This document shows positions 20,301 through 29,227 of a DNA stretch of 64,000 bases, in pieces. The DNA is from Candidatus Sericytochromatia bacterium (lineage in GTDB: Bacteria; Cyanobacteriota; Sericytochromatia; S15B-MN24; JAQBPE01): positions 27,725 to 91,724 of the forward strand of contig JAYKHR010000145.1 in NCBI GenBank assembly GCA_035285125.1. Reading direction: 5' to 3'. A program made the translations under genes and the position numbers. Each line of letters begins with the position of its first letter. The first letter of the stretch is position 1. A model generated the notes under the pieces. It saw nothing but the letters and a program-made list of their open reading frames with translations, was not told where the DNA came from and made no database searches.

Positions 20301-21144
20301 GCAGGCTCTCCGCGAAGTGGTCGGGGATCGGGAAGCCCAGCGCCGCCAGGGCCTCGAAGGCGTTCTGAAAGCGTTCCAGCGGGTCCTTCTCCAGCAGCCT
20401 GCGCACGACGAGGGCCAGGCCTGGATCGAGGTCAGGGCACCGGACGGTCAGCGGCACCACGGGGGCCGTGAGGTGCGCCTGCAACACGTCGACGGCCCGG
20501 CCCCCCACGAATGGCGGCTCGCCGGCCAACAGTTCGTAGGCGACGGCCCCGAGGGCGTAGAGGTCGGCCCGGCGGTCGACAGGGCCTCGCTTGATGACCT
20601 CCGGGGCGAGGTACCACAGCGTGCCGGTGATGGGGCCCCCGGCGCGGCCCGCGAGCTCTGCGAGGCCGAAGTCCGTCAGCTTGAGCTGGCCGTCCGCCGT
20701 CAGGCGCAAGTTGGCAGGCTTGAGGTCGCGGTGAACGTAGCCCTGGGCGTGCACGGCGCCGAGCGCCGAGAGCAGCTGTCCCATCAGCTCCCGCACCCGC
20801 CCTCCCGGCAGGGGCGCCTGGCCGTCGAGCCCGGGCCCCTCGACCAGCTCCATCGTGAAGAAGGGCCGCCCGTCGAGCAACTCGCCGAACGCCAGCCCCT
20901 CGCAGCAGTGGGGGTGGCGGACCAGCTGCATCAGCCGGAACTCACGCCGGAAGCGCAGCAAGGCCGCCTCCCGCCCCTCATCAGGCAGGTTCGGGACCTT
21001 CATCGCCACGTCTTGCCCCATCTCCAGGTCCCGGACCTGCCAGACACGCCCGTAGCCCCCCCCACCGAGGGGCTGGATCAAGGCGTAACGCGGCGGAAGC
21101 GGGAGGGACATGGGGGCGATCGGGGCTGCTTGTCTCTTTTCCAT
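17392..21144 (-). CDS. Ser/Thr protein kinase - AAA/STAND ATPase - TPR protein, paralog 3 (divergent)
   Basis: GGGGYGRVW, HRDLKPAN, DFG; Walker A GPPGLGKS; LLDDWHW; TPR-like repeats. AAGAGG RBS precedes ATG ATG (21147/21144). Confidence 0.9.
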   Translation of the reverse strand: MEKRQAAPIAPMSLPLPPRYALIQPLGGGGYGRVWQVRDLEMGQDVAMKVPNLPDEGREAALLRFRREFRLMQLVRHPHCCEGLAFGELLDGRPFFTMELVEGPGLDGQAPLPGGRVRELMGQLLSALGAVHAQGYVHRDLKPANLRLTADGQLKLTDFGLAELAGRAGGPITGTLWYLAPEVIKRGPVDRRADLYALGAVAYELLAGEPPFVGGRAVDVLQAHLTAPVVPLTVRCPDLDPGLALVVRRLLEKDPLERFQNAFEALAALGFPIPDHFAESLLSSPLVGREQAQTLLTDRLNQVACGEAGATVLLHGPPGLGKSRLLEDLRSQAGIANVPVIRAASHEREGAPYATVVELLAAVWRALGPPEEDLAAVAPVLARLTPLPGVEPAPPLEAAGERRRLQAAVATLMEAHARRTGLLVLLDDWHWVEPLGRELLTNLMRVLAGVPVLFVLAGNYPPEGSDDWVAAVTAVPVMPLDEPAVGQVVAAMLGVAEPDPAFVARVAELTEGVPFVIAGLLEHLVTSGALAMRAGRWDTRVALSPGLVPRQLSALIVGKVDRLSPVPQRVARLLAVHGREAPAAWIAQAAALDDDGLLAALDELERRGILARDDGGAYGFVQPHFSDFLYANTAGDQLVALHQAVGRAIEAELVGLGPDGPQRTTGLAALAHHFQRAGDRERTARYALAAGLGHLGLQALAPADRLLKDAITALDEPGLSLAASERMSLRLQALHALARVRRGLGANHAARLLLAEALPLAAELGDRAAEAEVLADLAQVQRLLAAWDEALAAGERARALYAGLGDRVGVASASLHLSRTWLFTGQPAQAIALAEAALAEARATGEARLTAEALGHLGGLLLTYASGQAERGLRLLQEVIGLLPSLGDQGGLRDAHMLLGSAHQTMGDYGASARAYEQAQVLSEQLGAHAGVVAALANRALVALGVGDYHQAAQLSQAAYGRAMQMQNGYVLGIAQLVEALAAAHLGRPAEALPLLARAQALGAELSHRYLEVMARQGALELYLFVGDLAAAEGEAGSLVGLVDAGGGSDPALRLLAVRAELALRRDDEASAEALLAEALAAGTPAPGAHLRLLRARARLALHQEAWPLLRRLGVEGLVLSERLGVRPLVADMRSLLGEWALATGSPEATGHFRALLDVAEAMGAQVPRALALFGLAAARPYQPEAAGYAARAREVLLAAAVGLEPAAVEAFCEAPDRLRVAAGNYIAFSLPRTVVRGTGALLGLPSESW

Positions 21145-21249
21145 CATAGCCTCTTTTGGGAATGGCTGACGGCGCGGGATCGGGGCCTGGCTCGCCGGGT
21201 GGGGCGCCCCTGCCCCGCCGGGGTATGAGGGGGGCGAGGAGGGAGGGCC

Positions 21250-23067
21250 ATGGCCGCTGCTGACGTCTGGCGCCGCGCCTTGCTGGGCGCCTGCCTGCTG
21301 GCCTGCGGCGCGCCGTGGCCCGCGGTGGCGGCCCCCCCGAACGCCCGCGAGGCCCTGCGCCAGCTGCTGGCGCGAGAGTGGCAGTGGTCGCTGGCGCAGG
21401 ACCCGCCGCTGGCCTCCGCGCTCGGCGACCGCCGCTGGAACGACCGCTGGCCCCAACACTCGGCAGCGGCGCGCACGGCCAGGCTCACGCACCAGCGCCG
21501 CGTGCTGCAGGCGCTCGACGCCATCCCCGTCGCCCAGCTGCCCGCCGAGGCGCGCCTCGACCACACGCTCTTCCGCCGCAGCGTCACGGACTGGCTGGCC
21601 GGCCAGGCCGTCGGGGACGATCTGCTGCCCGTCACCCCCCTCGCCGGGCCGCAGGTCGACCACGCCCTGATCGACCTGCTGCGCTTCGAGTCCGAGCGGG
21701 ACCACGTCGATTGGGTCGGGCGGCTGTGGGCCTTTCCAGGCCACGTCGAGGGCACCATCGCGCGGCTCGAGGCGGGCCGCCGCCGGGGCTTGGTGCTGGA
21801 GCGGGGCCTTGCCCGGCAGGTCGAGGCGCAGCTCGCCCGCGTCGCGACCAGCACGCCGCCCGAGGCCAGCCCCTTCTTCACGCCCCTGCGCCAGCTGCCC
21901 GCCGAGCTGCCGCCCGAGCGTCAGGCGGCGCTGCGGGCCGAGGGGCTCGCCGCCGTCCGCGAGGCCGTGCTGCCTGCGCTGCGGCGCCTGCACGCCTACT
22001 GGCAGACCACCTACATGCCAGCTGCCGCACCGCGCGTCGGGCTGGCCGCCGTGCCGGGGGGTGAGGCGCTGTACAGGCACCGGCTGCGCCTGCACACCAC
22101 CACCACGAGCCCCGCCAGCGTGCTGCACGCGCGGGCCCTCGCGGAGGTGGCGCAGCTGCAGGCTGAGATGGACGAAGCCCGGCGCGCGACGGGGTTCCAG
22201 GGCACGCTGCCCGCCTTCTTCGAGGCGCTCGGCAAGGACGCCAGGCTCCACCACCCCACGCGGCAGCGGGCCCTCGCCGAGCACGAGCTGCTGGTGCGGC
22301 GCCTGGAGCAGGTCACGCCGCGGCTCTTCCGGGGGCAGCCGCTGCCGCCGTGCCAGGTCCTGCCGGTGCCCGACACGCTGGGGCCCGGCGCGCCCGCGGC
22401 CTACTACCTGCCGGCCTCGCTCGACGGCGCCCGTGGCGGGGCCTTCTTCGTGAACCTGTTCGACCTCTCGCGCCGGCCCACCTACGAGATGGTGCCGACG
22501 GTGCTGCACGAGGCCGTGCCGGGACACCACCTGCAGCTGACCAGGCAGCAGGCCCGCGCGGACCTGCCCGAGTTCCGCCGCCACGGCCGCCACAGCGCCT
22601 ACGTGGAGGGCTGGGGGCTGTACGCCGAGTCCCTCGGCGAGCCCCTCGGGCTCTACCAGAACCCCTACGCACGGTTCGGCCGGCTCAACATGGCGATGCG
22701 CCGGGCCCTGCGGGTGGTGCTCGACACGGGGCTGCACGCCGGGGGGTGGGATCGGGAGCAGGCCATCGCCTTCTACGCCGCCCACGCCGCCCGCCCCCGC
22801 CCGGCGATCGCCGAAGAGGTCGACCGCTTCCTCGCTGACCCCGGGCAGGCCACGGCCTACAAGGTGGGCGAGTGGCAGCTGCTCGCGCTGCGGCAGCGGG
22901 CCCGGGAGGCCCTCGGCGCCGGCTTCGACCTCCGGGACTTCCACGAGGCCGTGCTGCGCGACGGCGCCGTCCCCCTCGACGTGCTGGAGGCCCGCTTCGA
23001 GGGGTGGCTCACGTCCCAGCCGCGGGTACATGGCCAGCGGCGGAACGTCCGCCAGGAGGGACCATGA
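21250..23067 (+). CDS. DUF885 family secreted protein (putative metallopeptidase)
   Basis: Signal peptide; LHEAVPGHHLQ, AYVEGWGLYAE, RLVLDTGLH-like, PGQATAYKVG and FDLRDFHEAVL motifs. Confidence 0.92.
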   Translation: MAAADVWRRALLGACLLACGAPWPAVAAPPNAREALRQLLAREWQWSLAQDPPLASALGDRRWNDRWPQHSAAARTARLTHQRRVLQALDAIPVAQLPAEARLDHTLFRRSVTDWLAGQAVGDDLLPVTPLAGPQVDHALIDLLRFESERDHVDWVGRLWAFPGHVEGTIARLEAGRRRGLVLERGLARQVEAQLARVATSTPPEASPFFTPLRQLPAELPPERQAALRAEGLAAVREAVLPALRRLHAYWQTTYMPAAAPRVGLAAVPGGEALYRHRLRLHTTTTSPASVLHARALAEVAQLQAEMDEARRATGFQGTLPAFFEALGKDARLHHPTRQRALAEHELLVRRLEQVTPRLFRGQPLPPCQVLPVPDTLGPGAPAAYYLPASLDGARGGAFFVNLFDLSRRPTYEMVPTVLHEAVPGHHLQLTRQQARADLPEFRRHGRHSAYVEGWGLYAESLGEPLGLYQNPYARFGRLNMAMRRALRVVLDTGLHAGGWDREQAIAFYAAHAARPRPAIAEEVDRFLADPGQATAYKVGEWQLLALRQRAREALGAGFDLRDFHEAVLRDGAVPLDVLEARFEGWLTSQPRVHGQRRNVRQEGP

Positions 23068-23591
23068 GCCGTTCATTCAGCTGGCCCAACCTCGCCGCGG
23101 CGTTCGCCGCCGTCGGGCTGCTGGCCGTGGGGCTGTCGTGGGGCCTCCAGCCGGCCACCCCGGGGGCAGGGGGGCTCGCCGTGGGCGGCCCGGCCCCGCC
23201 GCTGGTGGGCAAGACCCTCGCGGGCCCCACCTTCGACCTGGCCGCGTTGCGTGACAAGCGAGCCGCGCTGGTGGTGTTTTGGGCCTCCTGGTGAGGGGGC
23301 TGTCGTGCGGAGGCTCCGCACGTCGAGGCGCTGCACCGCGCTTACAAGGACCGCTCGCTCGCCGTGGTGGGCGTGAACCTGCAAGACACGCCCGAGGGGC
23401 GTGAGGCCGTGATCCGCGAGGCCGGCCTCAGCCACCCGCAGGTGCTCGACGACGGTGGCGCCCTCGCCCAGGCCTACGGGGTGCGCGCCCTGCCGACGGT
23501 GGTGCTGCTCGACCGGCAGGGCGTGGTGCGGCACGTGGGGCATGGGCTGCCAGAGCGAGACGTGCTGGAGCGGGTGGTGGCCGGACCTTGA
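23064..23591 (+). CDS. TlpA/ResA-like thioredoxin-fold disulfide reductase, putative selenoprotein (UxxC)
   Basis: Single reading frame MSRSFSW...VVFWASW-TGA(23292-23294)-GGCRAEAPH...GVN...YGVRALPTVVLLDRQG; the TGA occupies the first Cys of CxxC; a hairpin follows. Confidence 0.88.
23292..23322 (+). promoter_or_regulatory. Putative bacterial SECIS element
   Basis: CGTGCGGA-GGC-TCCGCACG stem-loop (23304-23322) begins 10 nt after the in-frame TGA, with G in the apical loop. Confidence 0.7.
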
Positions 23592-23702
23592 GGGCGCGTC
23601 CGGCCAGGAGGCCTTGGGCGTGGCCTCAGGCAGCGTCACTTTTTCGCCAGGACGTGAACAAGTCCTGCCCCCCTCGGGCCTATACCATCGAAGGGGTGCC
23701 CC

Positions 23703-25097
23703 GTGCGCCCCCTGTGCCACGCTCGCCCTCGGAGGTCCTCCTTGCTTCGCCGCCTCACGTCGCTCGCCGTCCTCGCGCTCACCCTGGGGGCGTGTGCCGC
23801 GGGGCCTCGCCCCGGGGCCTCGCTGCCGACGGGGACAGGGGCCACGGCGCAGTCGGCCGCGGCGGACCCGGCCGGCCTCGATATGCCCACCTACATCCGG
23901 CTGACCACCGGGCTGCTCGCCGACGCCCTGCGCGCGGGCGACGCCACCACCGTGAGGCTGTTCACGGCCTATGCCGAGGGCCAGGACCCACAGCCGGACG
24001 CCAGCCGGGCCATTGCCAAGGCGGCGCTCGCAGCCGTGCCGGAAGGCGCCACGGAGGCAGTTGGCCTGCGCGCCTCGGTGGCCCGCATCGCCGCTGGGGA
24101 CCTTGGCGTCAGGTCGGCCAGCGAGCCGACGGGCATCACCTTCCCCGCCGACGAGGGCGACCACCCGCGGGCGCTGACGGAGTGGTGGTACCTCAACGGC
24201 CACCTCGAGACCAAGGGCCTCGGGCCGCTCAAGCGCCGCTTCGGCTACGAGTTCACGCTCTTCAAGGCCGGCGCCCTGCTGCACTGGGCGCATGTCGCCG
24301 TCACGGACGTGACCTTGAAGAGGTTCCGCTACACGCGGGAGTTCATCCCGGCGAAGCAGGCCAAGGGGGCCATCGGGCGGCTCGCGCAGGGCTACGGCCC
24401 GCACTCGCTGGAGGGCGTGGGGCCGAGCGTGTATGCGCTGGCGAGCGGCTTCGGCGACAGCGGGCTGGACCTGCGGCTGACCTCCCAGAAGGCCCCCCTG
24501 CTGATCGGCGGCAACGGGAAGATCGACATGCCCGAGGGCAAGGACTCCTGGTACTACAGCCAGACGCGCCTGACGGCCACGGGCGCCGTGGTGGTGGGCG
24601 GCGAGCGCAAGGAGGTCACGGGCGTCTCCTGGCTCGACCACCAGTGGGGGCCGTTCTTCGTCTCGGGCTTTGCGGACCGCTGGGACTGGTTCGCGCTGCA
24701 GTTCGACGACGGCACCGAGTACAACCTCTTCGGCTTCCGCAGCGCCAGCGGCCAGGCAGGCAACCGCCACGTGAACCGGAGCGGGAGCGACGGCCGCGGC
24801 ACTGCCGGCACCCGCTTCACCATGGAGCGCCTAGACTGGTGGCGCAGCCCGCAGACCGGGATGTACTACACCACCGACTGGCGCATCGGCCTGCCCGAGA
24901 CGGGCGAGACGGTGGAGGTCGCGGCGCTGGTGCAGGACCAGGAGCTCGCCCGCCGCAAGGCCTTCCTGGCCGACCCGCTGCCGAACTACTGGGAGGGCGC
25001 CATGAGCGCGGTGAAGCACACGGCGGACGGCAAGGCCGTGAAGGGCGTGGCTTACTGCGAGCACTTTGGCTTCAAGAGCCCGTCCGGCCCGCGCTGA
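23703..25097 (+). CDS. Lipoprotein with AttH/CrtC (lipocalin-like, carotenoid 1,2-hydratase-like) domains
   Basis: Lipobox LGAC; FPADEGDHP...EWWYLNG, SWYYSQTR, WLDHQW, WDWFALQ, YWEG. Confidence 0.85.
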   Translation: MRPLCHARPRRSSLLRRLTSLAVLALTLGACAAGPRPGASLPTGTGATAQSAAADPAGLDMPTYIRLTTGLLADALRAGDATTVRLFTAYAEGQDPQPDASRAIAKAALAAVPEGATEAVGLRASVARIAAGDLGVRSASEPTGITFPADEGDHPRALTEWWYLNGHLETKGLGPLKRRFGYEFTLFKAGALLHWAHVAVTDVTLKRFRYTREFIPAKQAKGAIGRLAQGYGPHSLEGVGPSVYALASGFGDSGLDLRLTSQKAPLLIGGNGKIDMPEGKDSWYYSQTRLTATGAVVVGGERKEVTGVSWLDHQWGPFFVSGFADRWDWFALQFDDGTEYNLFGFRSASGQAGNRHVNRSGSDGRGTAGTRFTMERLDWWRSPQTGMYYTTDWRIGLPETGETVEVAALVQDQELARRKAFLADPLPNYWEGAMSAVKHTADGKAVKGVAYCEHFGFKSPSGPR

Positions 25098-25101
25098 GCG
25101 C

Positions 25102-25470
25102 TTGGACCACTCAACCCGGGCGGATTTGGCCGCCCCCGACAGGGGCTGACTTCGCCGCCTCCCATCAGGCAGAGAGGGTTGGCGCTGGCTTTCACACCGC
25201 TGGTGACCCCCGGCAGCCGCTCCCGTCCCCCGGGAGGGCGAGACCGCAGGCCAGCTGAGGGCTGTCGCCCCTGATTCCGCGCTAGGGGGTTGAAACGATC
25301 ACGCTGTGCGGATGTGGCCACACCCATTGGGTGCAGGCATCATCGCCCCCCTCTCCCCGGCTCGCCGGGGAGAGGGGACCGCGTTTTCCGGCGGCAAGCA
25401 TCCCCACAGCCGGCCGGTAGCCTCGCTCGACAGCTACTGCGGAGTCAGGGGTCGCAGAATCAAGGTGAGC
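25102..25470. ncRNA. Candidate large structured non-coding RNA, class unknown
   Basis: ~390 nt intergenic gap containing nested long-range helices (25268-25280/25439-25451; 25303-25314/25399-25410) and many hairpins. Strand uncertain. Confidence 0.45.
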
Positions 25471-25498
25471 CCCCCGCCCGTCGGGGTACGAAGGCCCC

Positions 25499-26569
25499 AT
25501 GGCCAGTGCCCGCAAGCAGCAAGCCCCACGCCTCCCAGCCCCCGTGCGCAAGGCCGCACCGGCCGCGCCCCCCGGCCGCTGGTCGCTGCTGATGCCCCGG
25601 CAGCGGGCGCTGTTCTACGAGCAGCTGGCCCGCATGCTGAAGTCAGGCCTGCCCGCCGGTGCGGCGATGGAGAACGTGCTCCGCACCCCCTGGCCCCCTG
25701 CCCTCCGGGCCGTCGCGCAGGACCTCTCCAGCCAAACCAACGCGGGCGGGGCGCTCGCGGAGGTGCTGAAGCGCCACGCGCCCCTCATCGACGCGTTCGA
25801 GGCAGCCTACCTCGAGGCGGCCGAGACGGCGGGCACCGTGTCGGAAGGCTTCGGCGACCTCGCGAGGCGCCATTGGCAGGCCCACGAACAGCTGGTTCGC
25901 TTCGCCGGCAAGCTGGTTTACCCCGTGTGCCTGCTGGTCGCCGCTGCGGTGCTGGGCCCCCTCCACGTCGCCTTCGCGGGTGACGTCGCCGGCTACCTCG
26001 GGCAGGTCACCCGGCCCCTGGCAAGCCTGGCACTCGGGCTCGGCGGCGCCGCCTGGGTGGCGCTGGCTCCCGGGACAGCCCCCCTGCGCGGGCGGCTTTA
26101 CGGGCTGGGCACGCGCCTGCCGTTCATCGCCCCGATGCTGCGCAGGCTCGCCATCGCGCAGCTCGGCCAGCTGATGGCCAGCTCCTTCCGCGCCGGCCTC
26201 CCAGCGAGCACCGTGCTCGGGCTGGCGGCGGCGGCCATGCCCGACCCCGAGGTGGCGGCCGCCTGTCGCGCGGTGGAGGCGGGCATCCAGCGGGGGGAGA
26301 CGGTCGCGCTGGGCCTCTCGCGCCACCCGGAGGTCTTCCCGCACGAGTTCCTCTCCGTGGTGGAGACGGGCGAGCAGGCGGGCCGCCTCGACGAGTCCCT
26401 GGGCGCTGCGAGCCAGCTGTGGCAGGAAGACGCCGATCGCGCCCGTGACAACCTGGCGCGGGTCGCCACGGGCGGGCTGGTGGCCGTCGCCCTCGTCATG
26501 GTCGCCCTCATCATCTTGCAGATCGGGCTCGGCATCATCGGGAACGTGAACCAGGTGCTCACCCAGTGA
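25499..26569 (+). CDS. Type II secretion system F / PilC family inner-membrane platform protein
   Basis: FYEQLARMLKSGLP, AAETAG, LVYP, second repeat AGLP...VETGEQAGRLDESL. Confidence 0.88.
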   Translation: MASARKQQAPRLPAPVRKAAPAAPPGRWSLLMPRQRALFYEQLARMLKSGLPAGAAMENVLRTPWPPALRAVAQDLSSQTNAGGALAEVLKRHAPLIDAFEAAYLEAAETAGTVSEGFGDLARRHWQAHEQLVRFAGKLVYPVCLLVAAAVLGPLHVAFAGDVAGYLGQVTRPLASLALGLGGAAWVALAPGTAPLRGRLYGLGTRLPFIAPMLRRLAIAQLGQLMASSFRAGLPASTVLGLAAAAMPDPEVAAACRAVEAGIQRGETVALGLSRHPEVFPHEFLSVVETGEQAGRLDESLGAASQLWQEDADRARDNLARVATGGLVAVALVMVALIILQIGLGIIGNVNQVLTQ

Positions 26570-26578
26570 GGCCAGGCC

Positions 26579-28054
26579 TCACAGGCGCGTCACGGTGAGC
26601 AGCTGGGGCGGGGTGCAGTCCGCCGGGTAGACCAGGGTCAGGCGGCCGTCCGTCCGCCACCCCGGTGGCACCGTGACGGTGGCAAAGGGCACCCCCTGCT
26701 CGCCCTGGCGCAGCGCGAGGTGCGAGAGCACCCGGCGCGGCTGGCCGGGCCCCTCGTCCCAGTCGAAGCGCACGGGCCCGCGAAAGGTCGTGAGGGGGCC
26801 GGGCTTCGGGGCGTACGTGGGGAGCGCCGGCTTGCCCTCGGGGATCCGGACGGGATGAGAGAGGGCCAGGGCGTAACGTCGGGGGGTGGCGTCCGGGTTG
26901 TCGAGGGGCACGCGCAAGTCGTAGGTGACACCGTAGCTGCCGTGCGCCTCCGGGGGCACGTCCGGGTAGCGGCGCGCCATGGGCGGGGCCTGGACCTGCC
27001 GCGTGCCGAGGGTGTTCAAGGCCACGGTGGCGATCGGGAAGCCCACCCAGGCGCCAGGCGCCGTCAGCACCGCCGAGGCCCGCTCGAACAGCTGGCCCGT
27101 CCAGCGCGACCCGAGGCTGACGCCCGACACCCGGCCGTAGGTGAAGCTGCCCCCGCTCGGCGGGGAGCCGGGCGGGTACACGGTGGCCTGGCGCTCGGGT
27201 GGGCCTGCCCGCTTCCCGTCACGCAGGACGGCGAGGAACTCGTCGGCCGACGGCCGGTTGCCCACCCGGCCGAACAGGGCGACGGCGGCGAGCCGCACGG
27301 GACCGTCGGCCCGGAAGCGGAACAGACCGGAGCGCGCGTTGCGCGAGGGCAGGCCGAAGTTCTTGGCGGGAATCGCCTCGCTGAACAGCACCGTGGGCGT
27401 CTGCACGGGGATCGTCCAGCTGTCCGGCTTCACGCTGGACCGCCCGGACAGCCAGTCGACGGCGACGCGGCTGCCGGGCCCCGAGAAGACGGCCCCCCGG
27501 GCATCCTCCACGAGCGGCTCCAGCTCGATGAAGGGCGCGTCGGTGGTGAGCCAGCTGGCCCCAGCCTCCAGCTTCAGGCCCGCCGGGCTCGGGCCGTCGG
27601 CATCCGCGATCAGGGCCAGCCAGCAGGCGTCGTTGCCGTCGAGGAAGGCCGTCTCGGCGATGTGGTGCCAGAAGACGTCGAAGGGACCGTCGATGGCGTG
27701 GTCGAGGCCCGAGCTGCCCCCCGCGAGGGTGGAGGCGAGGACCCCGCTGGCCCGCAGCAACTCGGGGTTGTTGACGTTGAGCACGGGCACCTCGTCCAGC
27801 CCGCCCGGCAGCGGGAGGATGGCCCGGCCGACCTCAGCCGGCGGGCTGGTCGAGCCGGGCGCGGGGGGCTCAGCTGGTACCACCGAGCCGGGCTGCGCTG
27901 GCTCTGGCGGCACCGGCCCCCCCCCGAGGGGCGGACTCAAGGGAGGCGGCGGCTGCGCCGGGGAGGCCACCAGCGCGGGCGCCGCAGGAGAGGCGCACCC
28001 GGCCAGCAGGCCCGTGGTAAGCAGCCAGCGCGCCTGGCGCCCAGGGCGGGTCAT
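26579..28054 (-). CDS. DUF3370 family lipoprotein
   Basis: Lipobox LAGC; LPGGLDEVPVLNVNNPE, YGRVSGVS.GSRW, AHGSYGVTY, YPADCTPPQLLTV. Confidence 0.8.
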   Translation of the reverse strand: MTRPGRQARWLLTTGLLAGCASPAAPALVASPAQPPPPLSPPLGGGPVPPEPAQPGSVVPAEPPAPGSTSPPAEVGRAILPLPGGLDEVPVLNVNNPELLRASGVLASTLAGGSSGLDHAIDGPFDVFWHHIAETAFLDGNDACWLALIADADGPSPAGLKLEAGASWLTTDAPFIELEPLVEDARGAVFSGPGSRVAVDWLSGRSSVKPDSWTIPVQTPTVLFSEAIPAKNFGLPSRNARSGLFRFRADGPVRLAAVALFGRVGNRPSADEFLAVLRDGKRAGPPERQATVYPPGSPPSGGSFTYGRVSGVSLGSRWTGQLFERASAVLTAPGAWVGFPIATVALNTLGTRQVQAPPMARRYPDVPPEAHGSYGVTYDLRVPLDNPDATPRRYALALSHPVRIPEGKPALPTYAPKPGPLTTFRGPVRFDWDEGPGQPRRVLSHLALRQGEQGVPFATVTVPPGWRTDGRLTLVYPADCTPPQLLTVTRL

Positions 28055-28082
28055 CGGCCCGAACCCTCTTTAAAGCGGCGCG

Positions 28083-29072
28083 TCAGCGGGCGCCGAAAGG
28101 GAAGGGCATCCGCCAGCCGCGGGCGCTGGCGCGGCCCTCAACCATGCCGCCGGTGATCACGAGGCGCTCGCCCAGCTTCGCCGCCACGGCGCCGTGCAGG
28201 GCCACGGGCAGCGGGGCCCGCGTGGTCCAGGCGCCGTCGCCGAGGCTGAAGGACTCGACGACCTCCGTCGCACCGCCGGCGGCCTTGCCCCCGAGCACGA
28301 AGAGGTGGTGGCCATAGACGGCAAAGGCCGCGTGCGAGCGGGCAGTGGGCATCGCAGGCCCCTTGGTCCAGACGCCCCGATCCAGATCGTAAAGCTCGAG
28401 GGCCCCCGTCGGGCCCGCCTCCGTCCGGCCGCCGACCACGACGAGGCGCTGGCCGAGCCGAGCCGCCACGGCCCCCGTGCGGGCCGTGGGCATCGCCGGG
28501 AGCTGCCGCCAGCTGCGGTCCCGCACGTCAAAGACCTCGAAGGCGGCCGTCGGGCGCCCCGCAGCCGTGCCGCCGGCGACGTAGGCAAACACCCCGTGGC
28601 TGGCGGCCGCGGCGTCATGGCGCGCGGTCGGCATCGGGCTCTGGCGCTCCCAGGCCCCGGCAACCTGGCTGTAAAGCTCGACGGTGGCCAAAGACACCCC
28701 GCCCGCCTGGCCCCCGATGGCGAGCACGCGCTCGGCCGGCACCACCACGGCGGAAAGCCCGGTCCGCGCGGTGGGGAGGGCAGGCAAGGCGGACCACTGA
28801 TCGAAGGCGCGGAACGCCTCTGCCCGGTCGAGGGCCCGCCGGCCGTCCGGGCTGCCGCCGAGGACGTGCAGGGTCAACCCGACGGGAGCCGCAGCAGCCC
28901 CCACCCGCGCCGTCGGGGCGTCAGGGATCGGTTGCCAGGCGTCCGTCGCGCGGGCCCCGAGCCGCTCGGCGCGCTGGCCGGCGAGGCCAGCCACGGAGGT
29001 GCCACAGCCCACCAGCGTGAGCGCACAGCTCGCGGCGAGCAGGATCATCCAGGGGGCACGTCGGAAGGTCAT
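28083..29072 (-). CDS. Kelch repeat lipoprotein
   Basis: Lipobox LVGC; six MPTAR...GG...W repeats. Confidence 0.9.
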   Translation of the reverse strand: MTFRRAPWMILLAASCALTLVGCGTSVAGLAGQRAERLGARATDAWQPIPDAPTARVGAAAAPVGLTLHVLGGSPDGRRALDRAEAFRAFDQWSALPALPTARTGLSAVVVPAERVLAIGGQAGGVSLATVELYSQVAGAWERQSPMPTARHDAAAASHGVFAYVAGGTAAGRPTAAFEVFDVRDRSWRQLPAMPTARTGAVAARLGQRLVVVGGRTEAGPTGALELYDLDRGVWTKGPAMPTARSHAAFAVYGHHLFVLGGKAAGGATEVVESFSLGDGAWTTRAPLPVALHGAVAAKLGERLVITGGMVEGRASARGWRMPFPFGAR

Positions 29073-29227
29073 GGCCTGCTCCAGTCGGGTTCGGGCCCGA
29101 GCGCAAAAGTGTTTAAGCGGTGGTAAAATTGGGCTTAAATTGTGACGTCAAAACGCCTTGGCTGTCAACCCGTCGGGCGTGGCCTGGCGGCGGGTATGAT
29201 GATCGCGGAAGCACCCTGGAGGAATCG

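Noticed and set aside
21147..23076. N-terminal extension making the third kinase 1894 aa
   Set aside because: The extension is the antisense of the DUF885 gene; the RBS and kinase domain begin near 21144.
23292..23294. Nonsense mutation or pseudogene reading of the TlpA gene
   Set aside because: The TGA is exactly at the catalytic Cys position, the downstream frame is intact and a SECIS-like hairpin is present.
25102..25470. tmRNA, RNase P, SRP or cobalamin riboswitch identity for the structured region
   Set aside because: GGGGCTGA occurs, but I found no T-arm/CCA end, no GAGGAAAGTCC, no SRP GGAA domain and no B12 box.
29140..29153. TGACGTCA palindrome in a divergent promoter as a CRP/NtcA site
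   Set aside because: It does not fit TGTGA-N6-TCACA or GTA-N8-TAC; a single short palindrome is not enough.
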